64,000 nt of DNA from Kiritimatiellia bacterium (GTDB lineage: Bacteria > Verrucomicrobiota > Kiritimatiellia > RFP12 > UBA1067): NCBI GenBank assembly GCA_050949565.1, contig JBMNFY010000017.1:1824001-1888000 (forward strand). Reading direction: 5' to 3'. Under the pieces are notes generated by a model. That model was not told where the DNA came from, did not search any database, and saw only the letters and a program-made list of their open reading frames with translations. This document shows, piece after piece, positions 1 to 9,544 of the stretch. The position numbers were made by a program, and so were the translations under genes. Within the stretch, counting starts at the first letter, position 1. The number at the start of each line of letters is the position of its first letter.

Positions 1-2394
1 CGCACTCACCCAGACCGTGGCGGGCGTCCCGCGCAACGTCACCTTCAACGCACCGGCCGAGATGCTTCCCTCCTCCGCGAAACCGCCCATCGTGCGCTCG
101 GTATTCAGCGTGAATGCGCCGCGCACCTGGTCAATCGCCAAGGGGCCGACCGTATTCGTCAACGATGCGACGCATGCCACCGTGCCGGTCGCATACGCTT
201 CGTTCTCCGGCAGCAAGCGCCAGTTCGCAAGAGGCGCCGTTGACGCATACGTCCCGACCTGCGCGTTCCACGCTGCAACGCGCCAGTCGGGCGCAACCCG
301 TTGCGCGATCTCGGGCAGTACCGCGCCTTTGCTGTCCGCCTGCTGCGCGATATGAATCGCTACGCGCGACGATAGGGGCGCGAGGTCACGGCGCAGGAAG
401 AGGCAGATCGACGCACGGTCCGACGCCTGCGAAAGCGGATCGGTCGCCACATCGAAATATCCGGCGAAACTGTTCGTGGAGAACATGTTTTCCAGTCGGT
501 GCGAATAGGCAAAGCGCCACAGCGCGCTCCAGTCCTGCAGCGCGCCCATCGCGCCGGTCATGATTCCACCGACGCCGCGATACATACCGGGCCCGGAAAA
601 GTTATATTCCGAGACGGTGAATGGTTTGTTGGCGAGACGGGTGAACGCGACACCGCACGGCACCACGCAACCGGTACGCAACGGGTTTTCGTTACCGCAA
701 CGGCTCGGTAACGCCCAGCGCTTGTCGAGAAAACGCGGGTGGTCGACGTAAAAGTGGTCGTCCACATAATCGTACAGCGTCTCGCGCACCGGCTGAAGCG
801 TGGTGTAGTGCGTGCCGCAGTTGTAGTTCGAGATCAAGGCGCGGCAGCCGATCTCATCACGCAGAAAAGCTTTCATGCGTGCGACCATGCGTGCCTCGAT
901 ATCGGCCACAAAGCGCGCCACCGCCGCGCCTTCACGACCAGACATGCGCAACGGCATCGTGTCCGGAATATCGGCATAGGCGGCAGGGTTTTTGGCGCGC
1001 TGCTCGGCCAGCCACGCGGTCCATGCGGCTTGCATGGCCGGGGTTTGGCGCGCCTCGGCTCTGGCATAACCGATCGATCCTTCGTTGATCAATGCGATGA
1101 ACGGCATACCCGGCTCGTCGGCGTAGCGGCGGCCGGTGTGCGGGTTGACGTGATTGAGAAACGCACGCGCGAACGCGACCCAATTCTGGAAGGCTGGCTC
1201 GTGTACCGCGATCAACGCCTTGAGAACCTGTATATCATCCACCTGACCGTCCTTATCAATGCCGATGTGACGCCAGGCAACCCGGCGCGAGACGTACAGG
1301 TCGGTGGTCACGTAGAGTCCGCGTTTGTAACAGGCGGCCAGAAAACCGTCGAGCCGCGCCATTTGGTCAGGGTTGAGCGTCAATGCGTCCGGACTTCCCT
1401 GCACGCAGCCGTTGTCGTGATGGTGGATACGCACGCTGTTATAGCCCAAGCGCACCAAGCGGTCCGTGAGTTGGTCGGCCTGCTCTTGCGACGGGAAGTT
1501 GGCCGTGCCGCAGAAGTTGACGCCGTAGAAGCGCTGCGCGACACCGGGCTTGCCTTCAAACTCGAAGTGCGGGCCGACCGCCTTGAGCCATCCGTACTTG
1601 CCGGCCGGCGCGTCGGTGAACCCCATGCCGGAAAAATCGAGCGCGGATCCTGGGACAATCTCCTTCTCATACGCGAGTGTCACCCATTCCGGTCCTGCTT
1701 CTAGCATCACCGGCTGATCGTACGTCAGGGTGAGCGGCGCGTGCGTCTTGAGCGTGAACCCGACCTGAAGCGACTTGCCGACTGGATAGAGTCCTGAACC
1801 GCCGACGATGACGCGGAGGCTAAATACATCGCTCCAGCGACGGCTGTCTTGGATCAAAACAGAGGTCGGTTCATCGAACGTAAAGACAAGACGCTGCGCG
1901 GCGGGTGGCGGCATCTCGATCTCCAGTTCTTTGACTTTGCCGCTGAAGAGCGAAAGTGCACCTTCCTTCTCGGGGAAGACGCCCGACTTTTGATCGGCCC
2001 GCCAGCGTCCGCCGATTGCCTTCTGTGCGGGGAAGCGGGTGCTGACAAAGAGGCTGTTCAGCTCAAGCGCGGCCTTCGGCGTGAAGGTGTAGTGCGCGTG
2101 GATCGCACCATCAGCGGCCGGCACCACTTTTACTTTAACGGCAACCTGTTCTTTGTCCGAAAGCTTCAAGGCGCATGCGCATGTACCGTTCTTCTCGTCG
2201 GGGAACGTGAAGCCGGAGGCGGAGACACCACGCTGCCAGCCCTTTGTGAAGAGACTGCCTTTCAGTTCGAGTGCGGGTTCGCTGAGTGTCAAGGCTCCGC
2301 CCATGCCGAGCATTGCTTCGCCGCCGAAACACGCCGGCGGCAACACAGCCACCAAACCGGCCACAAGTATTAACGCAGAGATGCGGAGGCGCAA
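1..2394 (-). CDS. Secreted clan GH-A (GH5-like) glycoside hydrolase, partial (runs off the left edge)
   Basis: Not in the ORF track because it has no stop in the window. Manual translation gives a signal peptide (LRLRISALILVAGLVAVLPPACFG) and ALDFSGMGFTDAPAGKYG..RFYGVN..LGYNSVRIHHHD, LINEG (acid/base), DYVDDHFYVDHP, PFTVSEYN (nucleophile) and LQDWSALWRFAYSH. The TTG start at 2394 is tentative. Confidence 0.75.
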   Translation of the reverse strand, partial: MRLRISALILVAGLVAVLPPACFGGEAMLGMGGALTLSEPALELKGSLFTKGWQRGVSASGFTFPDEKNGTCACALKLSDKEQVAVKVKVVPAADGAIHAHYTFTPKAALELNSLFVSTRFPAQKAIGGRWRADQKSGVFPEKEGALSLFSGKVKELEIEMPPPAAQRLVFTFDEPTSVLIQDSRRWSDVFSLRVIVGGSGLYPVGKSLQVGFTLKTHAPLTLTYDQPVMLEAGPEWVTLAYEKEIVPGSALDFSGMGFTDAPAGKYGWLKAVGPHFEFEGKPGVAQRFYGVNFCGTANFPSQEQADQLTDRLVRLGYNSVRIHHHDNGCVQGSPDALTLNPDQMARLDGFLAACYKRGLYVTTDLYVSRRVAWRHIGIDKDGQVDDIQVLKALIAVHEPAFQNWVAFARAFLNHVNPHTGRRYADEPGMPFIALINEGSIGYARAEARQTPAMQAAWTAWLAEQRAKNPAAYADIPDTMPLRMSGREGAAVARFVADIEARMVARMKAFLRDEIGCRALISNYNCGTHYTTLQPVRETLYDYVDDHFYVDHPRFLDKRWALPSRCGNENPLRTGCVVPCGVAFTRLANKPFTVSEYNFSGPGMYRGVGGIMTGAMGALQDWSALWRFAYSHRLENMFSTNSFAGYFDVATDPLSQASDRASICLFLRRDLAPLSSRVAIHIAQQADSKGAVLPEIAQRVAPDWRVAAWNAQVGTYASTAPLANWRLLPENEAYATGTVACVASLTNTVGPLAIDQVRGAFTLNTERTMGGFAEEGSISAGALKVTLRGTPATVWVSA

Positions 2395-2479
2395 AGATTT
2401 TGGGGCTACCGGAGCGGCGTGAATGCCGCCCACAGAACCGGATGCGCACTGCTTTCCCTCCACTGCTTCGTCCCAGCGG

Positions 2480-2532
2480 CTCCAATGCCGCGCCTCAATC
2501 ATGTCAATCATGTCAATCATGTCAATCATGTC
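2480..2532. repeat. (TCAATCATG)x4 tandem 9-mer with a conserved flank CTCCAATGCCGCGCC
   Basis: The same flank plus x3 repeats occurs at 23148-23193. Confidence 0.9.
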
Positions 2533-2542
2533 CCAAATCAGA

Positions 2543-3382
2543 TCATTGCATCGCCATCAACTGCTGGATCTCCTGCTCCCACAGCTCCTCGTTTGGCGTC
2601 TCCAACACCAACGGCATGTTCTTAAAACGCGCGTCGGTCATGATGCAGCGAAAAACTTCAATGCCCAGTAATCCCCGCCCCAGCGACTCATGCCGGTCGA
2701 CGCGTGAGTTGAGTGCCACCTTGGAATCGTTGAGGTGCATGCCGCGCAGATACGAGAAGCCGACCGTCCGGTCAAAGTGCTCCATCGTTGTCAGAAAACC
2801 GTCGCGGGTACGGAGATCATACCCTGCGGCGAAGGCGTGCATCGTATCCAGGCAAACGCCCACGCGCGTCCGGTCGTCCACGCCGTCGATGATGGCGCGG
2901 ATCTCCTCAAACGGAGCGCCCAGATTACCGCCGCTACCGGCGGTGTTCTCGATCACCAGCGTCACATCCTGCGTCTGCGCCAGTGCGGCGTTGATCGACT
3001 GCGCCACGCGCGTGCACGCCGCTTCAGGCGTCAGCTTTCGCAGGTGACTGCCGGGATGGAAATTCAGCTTGTCGAGTCCCAACGCCATGCAGCGCCGGAT
3101 CTCATCAATCAACGCGCCCATCGATTTTGCGTGTGCCTCCTCATCCGGGTTAGCGAGATTGATGAGGTAGCCGGCGTGCGGCATCACTTGGGCGGCAGTA
3201 TAGCCGTCTACCGTCATCTGCTGCTTAAACGCTTCGATGTCAGCGGGCGTGTACGGCGCGGCGGTCCACTGCCGCTGGTTTTTCACAAACATGCCAAAGC
3301 CTGTCGCACCTAGCGCTTTGGCGTTCTTCGGCGCGTTGGCCACGCCGCCTCCGATGGACACATGCGGTCCGATGTAATACAT
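2543..3382 (-). CDS. nfo: Endonuclease IV (deoxyribonuclease IV)
   Basis: GPHVSIGGG, PHAGYLINL, NFHPGSH, IENTAG, CLDTMHAF, HLNDSK, DRHESLG and LETP motifs. Confidence 0.95.
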   Translation of the reverse strand: MYYIGPHVSIGGGVANAPKNAKALGATGFGMFVKNQRQWTAAPYTPADIEAFKQQMTVDGYTAAQVMPHAGYLINLANPDEEAHAKSMGALIDEIRRCMALGLDKLNFHPGSHLRKLTPEAACTRVAQSINAALAQTQDVTLVIENTAGSGGNLGAPFEEIRAIIDGVDDRTRVGVCLDTMHAFAAGYDLRTRDGFLTTMEHFDRTVGFSYLRGMHLNDSKVALNSRVDRHESLGRGLLGIEVFRCIMTDARFKNMPLVLETPNEELWEQEIQQLMAMQ

Positions 3383-3396
3383 GCCTGCTCCCTTTC

Positions 3397-4983
3397 CTAA
3401 CGCTCTTTCTCGCCCCACGAAGTATAGCCATTTTTGAAGAGCCACTCCGCAGCGCCAACGTGACCTTGTCGCGCGGCCTGTTTAAATAACTCGACCGCGC
3501 GGACATGGCTCATCTCGACTCCGCGCCCATATTCGTACAGGGTTGCCAGATTGTAAGCTGCGCTGGCGGCACCTTGATCAGCAGCGGCCTTGAACCACTT
3601 TGCGGCGAGGGCATGATCTTGAGGCACGCCCTCGCCCCGCAGGTAAAGCATGCCGAGATTGTTTTGCGCGGCGGGGACTCCAGCTTCGGCAGCGCGGCGG
3701 TAATGCTGTTCAGCCTGCGCGTAGTCCTTCGGTACTACGATCCCGCGGTAGTGAAAAGTGCCGAGCGCATGAATCGCGCGCGGGTTCGCCTGCTCCGCCG
3801 CCTTCGTGTACCAGTTGAAGGCGCGCTCATGGTCTTGTGGCACGCCGCGTCCCTCCTCATACATCTGCCCGATGAAAAACTGCGCCATCGCATGGCGCTT
3901 TTCGGCGGCTCTGGCGAACCAAGTGAGCGCCCTGCGGTTGTCTTGTTTGACACCGTCACCATCGCGGTAGAGCAGGCCAATGTTAACCTGTGCTTCGGTG
4001 TGCCCTTGGTTTGCGGCGCGCGCGAACCACAAGCCAGCCTCGCGCGGATTACGCGGTACGCCGCGCCCCCGGGCGCAGACAAAGCCATAGTTGAACTGGC
4101 CATCGGCATTGCCGGACTCCGCCGAGCGACGATACCAATTGGCCGCAGCGATTAAATCTTTTTCGGTTCCGCGTCCCTCCTGATAGAGCCAGCCGAGGTT
4201 GTTCATGGCGCTCGAATGCCCCTTCTCGGCGGCGCGCGTGTAGAGCACGAACGCCATGCCCTCATCCTTGGGCACGCCGCGTCCCTGCGCATAGAGCGCG
4301 GCCAGATTGTACTCGCCGTTGCGGTCTCCTTGCAGCGCAGCCTGCCGGAAATATTCGCCGGCCTTATCATCATCTTGCGGAACCCCCTGGCCGCGATAGT
4401 AGATAAGTCCCAGTGCGTTTTGCGCTAAGGCCTGGCCCTGTGCCGCAGCCTGCTGGTACCAGTCGCGTGCCTCTTCCGGCTGATTCAGATTAAGATCGCA
4501 GTCCAGCCCTACCAGATATTGAGCCAACGCGTTACGTTCCCGGGCGTGCGCGCGTATCAATGGCCGTCCCTCATTCAGATAACGCTCCCGCTGTTCGGCC
4601 GATAACGCGCAGAGCGGCTCTTGTGCGGCATGCACCGCCAGTAGAAAACGGAAAAACGTCTGGCCGGCATCGGCCATCTCCCGGACCTTTGCCACCGCCA
4701 CCAAAAAATCATCGGTGCTGCCCGCCGTTCGTGCGTTCACGAATCGCTCGACCGCGCCCCGGACCTCCTCCATCGCGGCCGCAGTCTCCTCGTCGGCGCG
4801 GACCACAGAAAACGTGAACACAAGCGCCGCGCTGGCGACCTTAAGAAGCGCGAGTCGCAAAGGGCGGCATGACCGCCGCCGGGCAAGCAGACGCTTGCTC
4901 CTCCCGATGTTCCGCAAGTAATGAAACCTGGAAATCCTAAATCCTGAATCCCAAATCCTAAATCCCAAAATCCTTCGCCTCAT
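3397..4983 (-). CDS. Sel1-like repeat exported protein
   Basis: About 10 repeats of AQxxLGxxYxxGxGVxxDxxxAxxWxxxAAxQG. The start is uncertain: ATG 4983 overlaps the upstream stop, and there is an alternative TTG at ~4860. Confidence 0.9.
   Translation of the reverse strand: MRRRILGFRIWDSGFRISRFHYLRNIGRSKRLLARRRSCRPLRLALLKVASAALVFTFSVVRADEETAAAMEEVRGAVERFVNARTAGSTDDFLVAVAKVREMADAGQTFFRFLLAVHAAQEPLCALSAEQRERYLNEGRPLIRAHARERNALAQYLVGLDCDLNLNQPEEARDWYQQAAAQGQALAQNALGLIYYRGQGVPQDDDKAGEYFRQAALQGDRNGEYNLAALYAQGRGVPKDEGMAFVLYTRAAEKGHSSAMNNLGWLYQEGRGTEKDLIAAANWYRRSAESGNADGQFNYGFVCARGRGVPRNPREAGLWFARAANQGHTEAQVNIGLLYRDGDGVKQDNRRALTWFARAAEKRHAMAQFFIGQMYEEGRGVPQDHERAFNWYTKAAEQANPRAIHALGTFHYRGIVVPKDYAQAEQHYRRAAEAGVPAAQNNLGMLYLRGEGVPQDHALAAKWFKAAADQGAASAAYNLATLYEYGRGVEMSHVRAVELFKQAARQGHVGAAEWLFKNGYTSWGEKER
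4932..4973. repeat. Heptamer tandem repeat (AATCCTA/AATCCCA/AATCCTG)
   Basis: aaatcctaaatcctgaatcccaaatcctaaatcccaaaatcc. Confidence 0.85.
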
Positions 4984-5807
4984 TTGAACTTGTCCAGCGA
5001 GAGTTGGCTGCCTTCGCGGCGCGGGTTGAATAGGATCGCGTCCGAAACCGGCGTGTGTTTGCCGAGCACGCTCACATGTTTAGAGCGCCAACCTTTGCGT
5101 CGGCTGTAAACGGTCATCTGATGACCGCGCGTCCAGAACAGCGGCAGGTCCATCAGCCATGCAATCCTATACAGTATTCGCAACCAGATGGTGTTCGTGC
5201 CACGGATTCCGGAACCCCTGCGGCGGCTGTCCCATTGCCGTACCATCTGCACCCAGAAGCGACAGGAAAACCTGAACCCGAGCACATCGAATCCATCTTT
5301 CAGCAGGTGGAAGATGTCGGATTCAGTGTAGCTTTCTGCAGCACCGAACGCCATGCGCCGCCCGCTCAGCACAGCCGCCAGGCCCAGCGGTTTGCGATAT
5401 GCCACCGTCAGCAAGAATATTCCGCCCGTCTTGAGCACCCGGTGGCACTCCTTGACGATGGCACCAGCGTGAAAATTATCTGACAGCACCCCGTGTGCAA
5501 GCACGACGGCATCGAACTGCTTATCCTCAAAAGGCAATTCTCCATCCTTGCCGAGGCTCAGTACCGTCTCTTGTCCCAACGCCGCCGCCACCAGCGAGCG
5601 CCGTTGTTGTGTGGGCTCCACGGTCATCCAGCACCCGCCGACCAAACGCAGCGTGCGGCTGACGCCCGCATTGGTGAACCCCACATCTAATCCCGTACGG
5701 ACCGCACCTGGTTGCGCATGCAACAGATGCAACACCGCATTGACCTCGCTCTGCAAGGGCAACGAATACAACGCACTGTCAACGAAGGTATCTCGTTTTT
5801 TCTGCAT
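4980..5807 (-). CDS. Class I SAM-dependent methyltransferase (Methyltransf_11-like)
   Basis: GLDVGF, LPFEDKQFDAVV and ECHRVLKTGG motifs. Confidence 0.8.
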   Translation of the reverse strand: MQKKRDTFVDSALYSLPLQSEVNAVLHLLHAQPGAVRTGLDVGFTNAGVSRTLRLVGGCWMTVEPTQQRRSLVAAALGQETVLSLGKDGELPFEDKQFDAVVLAHGVLSDNFHAGAIVKECHRVLKTGGIFLLTVAYRKPLGLAAVLSGRRMAFGAAESYTESDIFHLLKDGFDVLGFRFSCRFWVQMVRQWDSRRRGSGIRGTNTIWLRILYRIAWLMDLPLFWTRGHQMTVYSRRKGWRSKHVSVLGKHTPVSDAILFNPRREGSQLSLDKFK

Positions 5808-5925
5808 GTTTCCAACTCAGATTGCCTTAAGCATACCATCTCACAAACAGAGCCGTCAACAAACAGGGTTCAAGTTCTCGATGGCGCGCGTGTAAAAAAA
5901 AATTTCATTTTTCCTAAAACAGTCC

Positions 5926-5953
5926 TTGCATTTTTTCCAGCACACGCTACATT
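5926..5953 (+). promoter_or_regulatory. Putative sigma70 promoter of the histone-like gene
   Basis: TTGCAT-N16-TACATT with an AT-rich upstream tract. Confidence 0.5.
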
Positions 5954-6040
5954 GTGGACATAACAACATATCGACGCACTCTCTCGTGGTGCGGCGGTCT
6001 GTTGATGTTAACGGGTTCAACCTAACGAAAGGAAAGCGCA

Positions 6041-6517
6041 ATGGCCACAGCAAAGAAAGCAGCTCCTGCGAAAAAGGCTCCCGCGAAGAAGGCGGCAGCG
6101 AAGGCAGCTCCTGCTAAGAAGGCGACGCCTGCGAAGAAAGCGGTTGCGAAGGCTCCCGCGAAAAAAGCGGCTCCGGCCGCCAAGAAAGCTCCCGTGAAGA
6201 AGGCGGCAGCCCCGACGAAGAAAGCGGTCGCGAAGGCTCCCGTGAAGAAGGCGGCTCCTGCAGCGAAGAAGGCACCTGCCAAGAAGGCGGCTCCTGCGAA
6301 GAAAGCGGTCGCGAAGGCTCCCGTGAAGAAGGCGGCTCCGGCAGCGAAGAAGGCACCTGCCAAGAAGGCGGCTCCTGCGAAGAAAGCGGTTGCGAAGGCA
6401 CCGGCTGCCAAGAAAGCAGCTCCGGCGAAGAAAGCCCCCGCGAAGAAGGCAGCAGCCCCTGCTAAGAAGGCCCCTGCTAAGAAGGCCCCTGCTAAGAAGG
6501 CGGCAGCGAAGAAGTAA
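6041..6517 (+). CDS. Histone H1-like K/A/P-rich nucleoid protein
   Basis: 158 aa made almost entirely of AKKAAP/AKKAP repeats. RBS AAGGA upstream and a terminator downstream. Confidence 0.9.
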   Translation: MATAKKAAPAKKAPAKKAAAKAAPAKKATPAKKAVAKAPAKKAAPAAKKAPVKKAAAPTKKAVAKAPVKKAAPAAKKAPAKKAAPAKKAVAKAPVKKAAPAAKKAPAKKAAPAKKAVAKAPAAKKAAPAKKAPAKKAAAPAKKAPAKKAPAKKAAAKK

Positions 6518-6544
6518 CACGCAACGCGACCGTTGCAAAGAAGT

Positions 6545-6580
6545 CACGCCTGCGGTTTTGCGCCGCAGGCGTGTTTTTTT
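6545..6580 (+). terminator. Rho-independent terminator
   Basis: CACGCCTGCGG-loop-CCGCAGGCGTG followed by T7. Confidence 0.85.
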
Positions 6581-6600
6581 GCGCGTGCTGTGACGGCAAC

Positions 6601-7653
6601 CTAGCTGTCGCGGTAGATCACCTTCCGCGGTCCTTTTTCGATCGCTCCGATCAGGACCGGTGCTTGGCGCGCTTTGGAAAGTAGCGCCATGGCGGCGGAG
6701 GCGTCTTTCTGGCGCACGATGATGCAGAAGCCGATGCCCATATTGAAGACCCGGTACATCTCGTCGCGGTCGACCCGGCCCTGGCGCTCGATGAAGGTGA
6801 AGAGCGTGGGCACGCGCCAGCTTGAGCGGTTGATGACGGCCGTACAATTTTCGGGCAGCACGCGCGGAATGTTGTCCACAAATCCGCCGCCGGTGATATG
6901 CGCCATGCCGTGTACGGGCACTTGCGCCATCAGGGCGGTGACGGGCTTCAGAAAACTGCGGTGAAGAGCCAGTAGCGCCTCGGTCACGGTGTAGCGGGTG
7001 CCTGGCAACAGATCCTGCGGCGTCAGTCCGCACTGGTCAAAGATCACCTTGCGCGCCAGTGAGAAGCCGTTCGTCTGCAGGCCGCCGGAGGGGAGGCCGA
7101 TGATGACGTCGCCAGGTTTGATCTTTTTGCCGGTGATGAGCTGTTTGCGAGGAACCGTTCCCACGATCGTGCCGACTAAGTCGTACTCGTTCTGCGGATA
7201 GAGCCCGGGCATCTCGGCGGTCTCGCCGCCCAGTAGTGCGCAACCATTCTCCTTACAGGCTTTGCACAGCCCGGAGACCACATCTTTGAAAACCACAGGG
7301 TCAAAGCGCGAAGCCCCGATGTAATCTAGGAAAAACAACGGCTTGGCGCCCTGGACGAGGATATCGTTGACGCAATGGTTGACGAGGTCTTGACCGACTG
7401 TATCGTGCTTTTTGGCGATGACGGCGACCTTGAGCTTGGTGCCGACGCCATCGGTGCTGGCGACCAGTAGGTTCTCCTTGCCCGGTGATTGAAAGAGACC
7501 GCCGAAGCCGCCAATTCCGCCCACGACCCCCTTGGTGGCGGTAGTACGCACCATCGTCTTGATGACCTCGATGCCGGACATCTTAGAATCTATATCCACC
7601 CCGGCCTGCGCATACGCAGAAACTTTTTGAGTGTCATCGGCCTGTTTCATCAT
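6601..7653 (-). CDS. purM: Phosphoribosylformylglycinamidine cyclo-ligase
   Basis: YAQAGVDID, GGFGGLF, STDGVGTK, GGETAEMPG, HITGGG and FNMGIG motifs. Confidence 0.97.
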   Translation of the reverse strand: MMKQADDTQKVSAYAQAGVDIDSKMSGIEVIKTMVRTTATKGVVGGIGGFGGLFQSPGKENLLVASTDGVGTKLKVAVIAKKHDTVGQDLVNHCVNDILVQGAKPLFFLDYIGASRFDPVVFKDVVSGLCKACKENGCALLGGETAEMPGLYPQNEYDLVGTIVGTVPRKQLITGKKIKPGDVIIGLPSGGLQTNGFSLARKVIFDQCGLTPQDLLPGTRYTVTEALLALHRSFLKPVTALMAQVPVHGMAHITGGGFVDNIPRVLPENCTAVINRSSWRVPTLFTFIERQGRVDRDEMYRVFNMGIGFCIIVRQKDASAAMALLSKARQAPVLIGAIEKGPRKVIYRDS

Positions 7654-7742
7654 CCGTACCCTCGTACCTCGGTCATTTTCCAAAGAAATCGCCACAGATT
7701 ATCACATTAAACCCTGTGATTCCAGTGTAAAAAGTACGGTTC

Positions 7743-9536
7743 TTACGTTTTAGCGGTGATCACGGCCTTAATGCGGCGGACGCCGGCTGATGAGGACTCC
7801 TCTTTCTTGATTTTGAAGCCGCCCAGCTCGCCGGTGGTGGCGGCGTGCGGGCCGCCGCAGACCTCCAGCGAGAAGTCGCCGGCGGCGTAGACCTTGACTT
7901 GCTCGCCGTATTTGGCGGTGAACAGGGCGGCTGCGCCTTTAGCTTTGGCCTCCTCAATGCTCATGGTCTCCATCGTGACCGGCAGATTACGTTGGATCAC
8001 GTCGTTGACGATCTCCTCCACCTGTTTGATCTGCTCGGGCGTCATTTTTTCGGGATGCGAGAAGTCGAAGCGCAGGCGCTCGGATGTGATGTTGGAGCCC
8101 TTCTGTTGGACGTGCGGGCCGAGCACCATCTGCAACGCCTTGTGCAGCAGATGGGTGGCGGTGTGCAGGCGCGTGGTGGCGACCGTGTTGTCGGCCAGTC
8201 CGCCCTTGAAGGTGGCGTCGCCCTGCTTGGAGAGTTCCTGGTGCTTTTTGAACGCCTCTTCGTAGCCTTGGCGATCCACGGCAAACCCTTGCTCGGCGGC
8301 GAGTTCCTCGGTGAACTCCAGCGGGAAGCCGTACGTATCGTAGAGCTTAAAGGCGGTACGCCCCGAGAGGGTGGTTTGTCCGTGCTGCTTGAGCGCGCCC
8401 GCGACCTTGTCGAACTCGCGCTGGCCGGCGGCGAGCGTTTTTTCAAAACGCGCCTCCTCAGCGGTCAGCTCATCAAGCACCGTCGCGCGGTTCGCCTCCA
8501 GTTCGGGATAGACATGCTTGTAGTTATCGATCACGATTTCCGCCAGGATACGAGTGTAGCCAGACTCGATACCCAGCAGCTTGGCGTAGCGCACGGAGCG
8601 GCGGATCAGGCGACGCAGCACGTAGTTTGCACCGATGTTACCGGGCTTGACGCCGCCTTTGGGGTCGCCGAGGATAAAGACCGAAGTGCGCATGTGGTCC
8701 GCGATGATGCGTTCGGCGCGCACGGCGGTCTCCTCGTCCGGGCGGACGGTCGACAGTTCCTTGATCCGGGCCATGAGCGGCGCGAAGAGTTCGGTCTCGA
8801 AGACCGTTTCGAGGCCGTTCATCATGCAGATGGTACGCTCGACGCCCATGCCGGTGTCGACGTTGTGCTGCTTGAGCGGCTCGTAGGTGCCTTCCGCCGT
8901 CTTGTTGTACTGCATGAAGACGTCGTTCCAGATCTCGATGTACTTGCCGCAATGGCAACCGGGACGGCACTCCGGGCCGCAGGCGGGTTGACCGTTGTCG
9001 ATGAACATCTCGGTGTCAGGCCCGCAGGGGCCGGTGGTGCCGGCCGGCCCCCACCAGTTGTCCTCCTTGGGCAGCGCGTAGATGCGCTCTTCGGGGATGC
9101 CGAGGCTCTTCCAGATGGCGATTGACTCATCATCACGCGGAATGCCGTCCTCGCCCGCGAAGACGGTGACGCTGAGTTGGTCCGGCGCGAAGCCGAGGTG
9201 CTGCGTGAGAAACTCGAACGACCACGCGATCGCCTCTTTCTTGAAATAGTCGCCGAGCGACCAATTGCCGAGCATCTCGAAGAAGGTCAAGTGGCAGGAG
9301 TCGCCCACGGCGTCAATGTCGCCGGTGCGCACGCACTTCTGCACGTTGGTCAGGCGTCGGCCCGCAGGGTGCGGCTCGCCCAACAGATAAGGAACGAGCG
9401 GGTGCATGCCCGCAGTGGTGAAGAGCACGGTCGGGTCGTTCTCCGGAATCAGCGAGGCACCCGAAATAACGGCGTGGCCTTTGGATTCGAAAAAGGTGAG
9501 ATACTTATCGCGGAGTTGGTCTGCTGTGAGTTTCAT
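7743..9536 (-). CDS. alaS: Alanine--tRNA ligase (short form, 597 aa)
   Basis: DPTVLFTTAGM, HLTFFEMLGNWS, DTGMGVER, HTATHLL, EVCGGPH and GVRRIKA motifs. Start taken at MKLTADQLR. Confidence 0.97.
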   Translation of the reverse strand: MKLTADQLRDKYLTFFESKGHAVISGASLIPENDPTVLFTTAGMHPLVPYLLGEPHPAGRRLTNVQKCVRTGDIDAVGDSCHLTFFEMLGNWSLGDYFKKEAIAWSFEFLTQHLGFAPDQLSVTVFAGEDGIPRDDESIAIWKSLGIPEERIYALPKEDNWWGPAGTTGPCGPDTEMFIDNGQPACGPECRPGCHCGKYIEIWNDVFMQYNKTAEGTYEPLKQHNVDTGMGVERTICMMNGLETVFETELFAPLMARIKELSTVRPDEETAVRAERIIADHMRTSVFILGDPKGGVKPGNIGANYVLRRLIRRSVRYAKLLGIESGYTRILAEIVIDNYKHVYPELEANRATVLDELTAEEARFEKTLAAGQREFDKVAGALKQHGQTTLSGRTAFKLYDTYGFPLEFTEELAAEQGFAVDRQGYEEAFKKHQELSKQGDATFKGGLADNTVATTRLHTATHLLHKALQMVLGPHVQQKGSNITSERLRFDFSHPEKMTPEQIKQVEEIVNDVIQRNLPVTMETMSIEEAKAKGAAALFTAKYGEQVKVYAAGDFSLEVCGGPHAATTGELGGFKIKKEESSSAGVRRIKAVITAKT

Positions 9537-9544
9537 GGTGTGTT

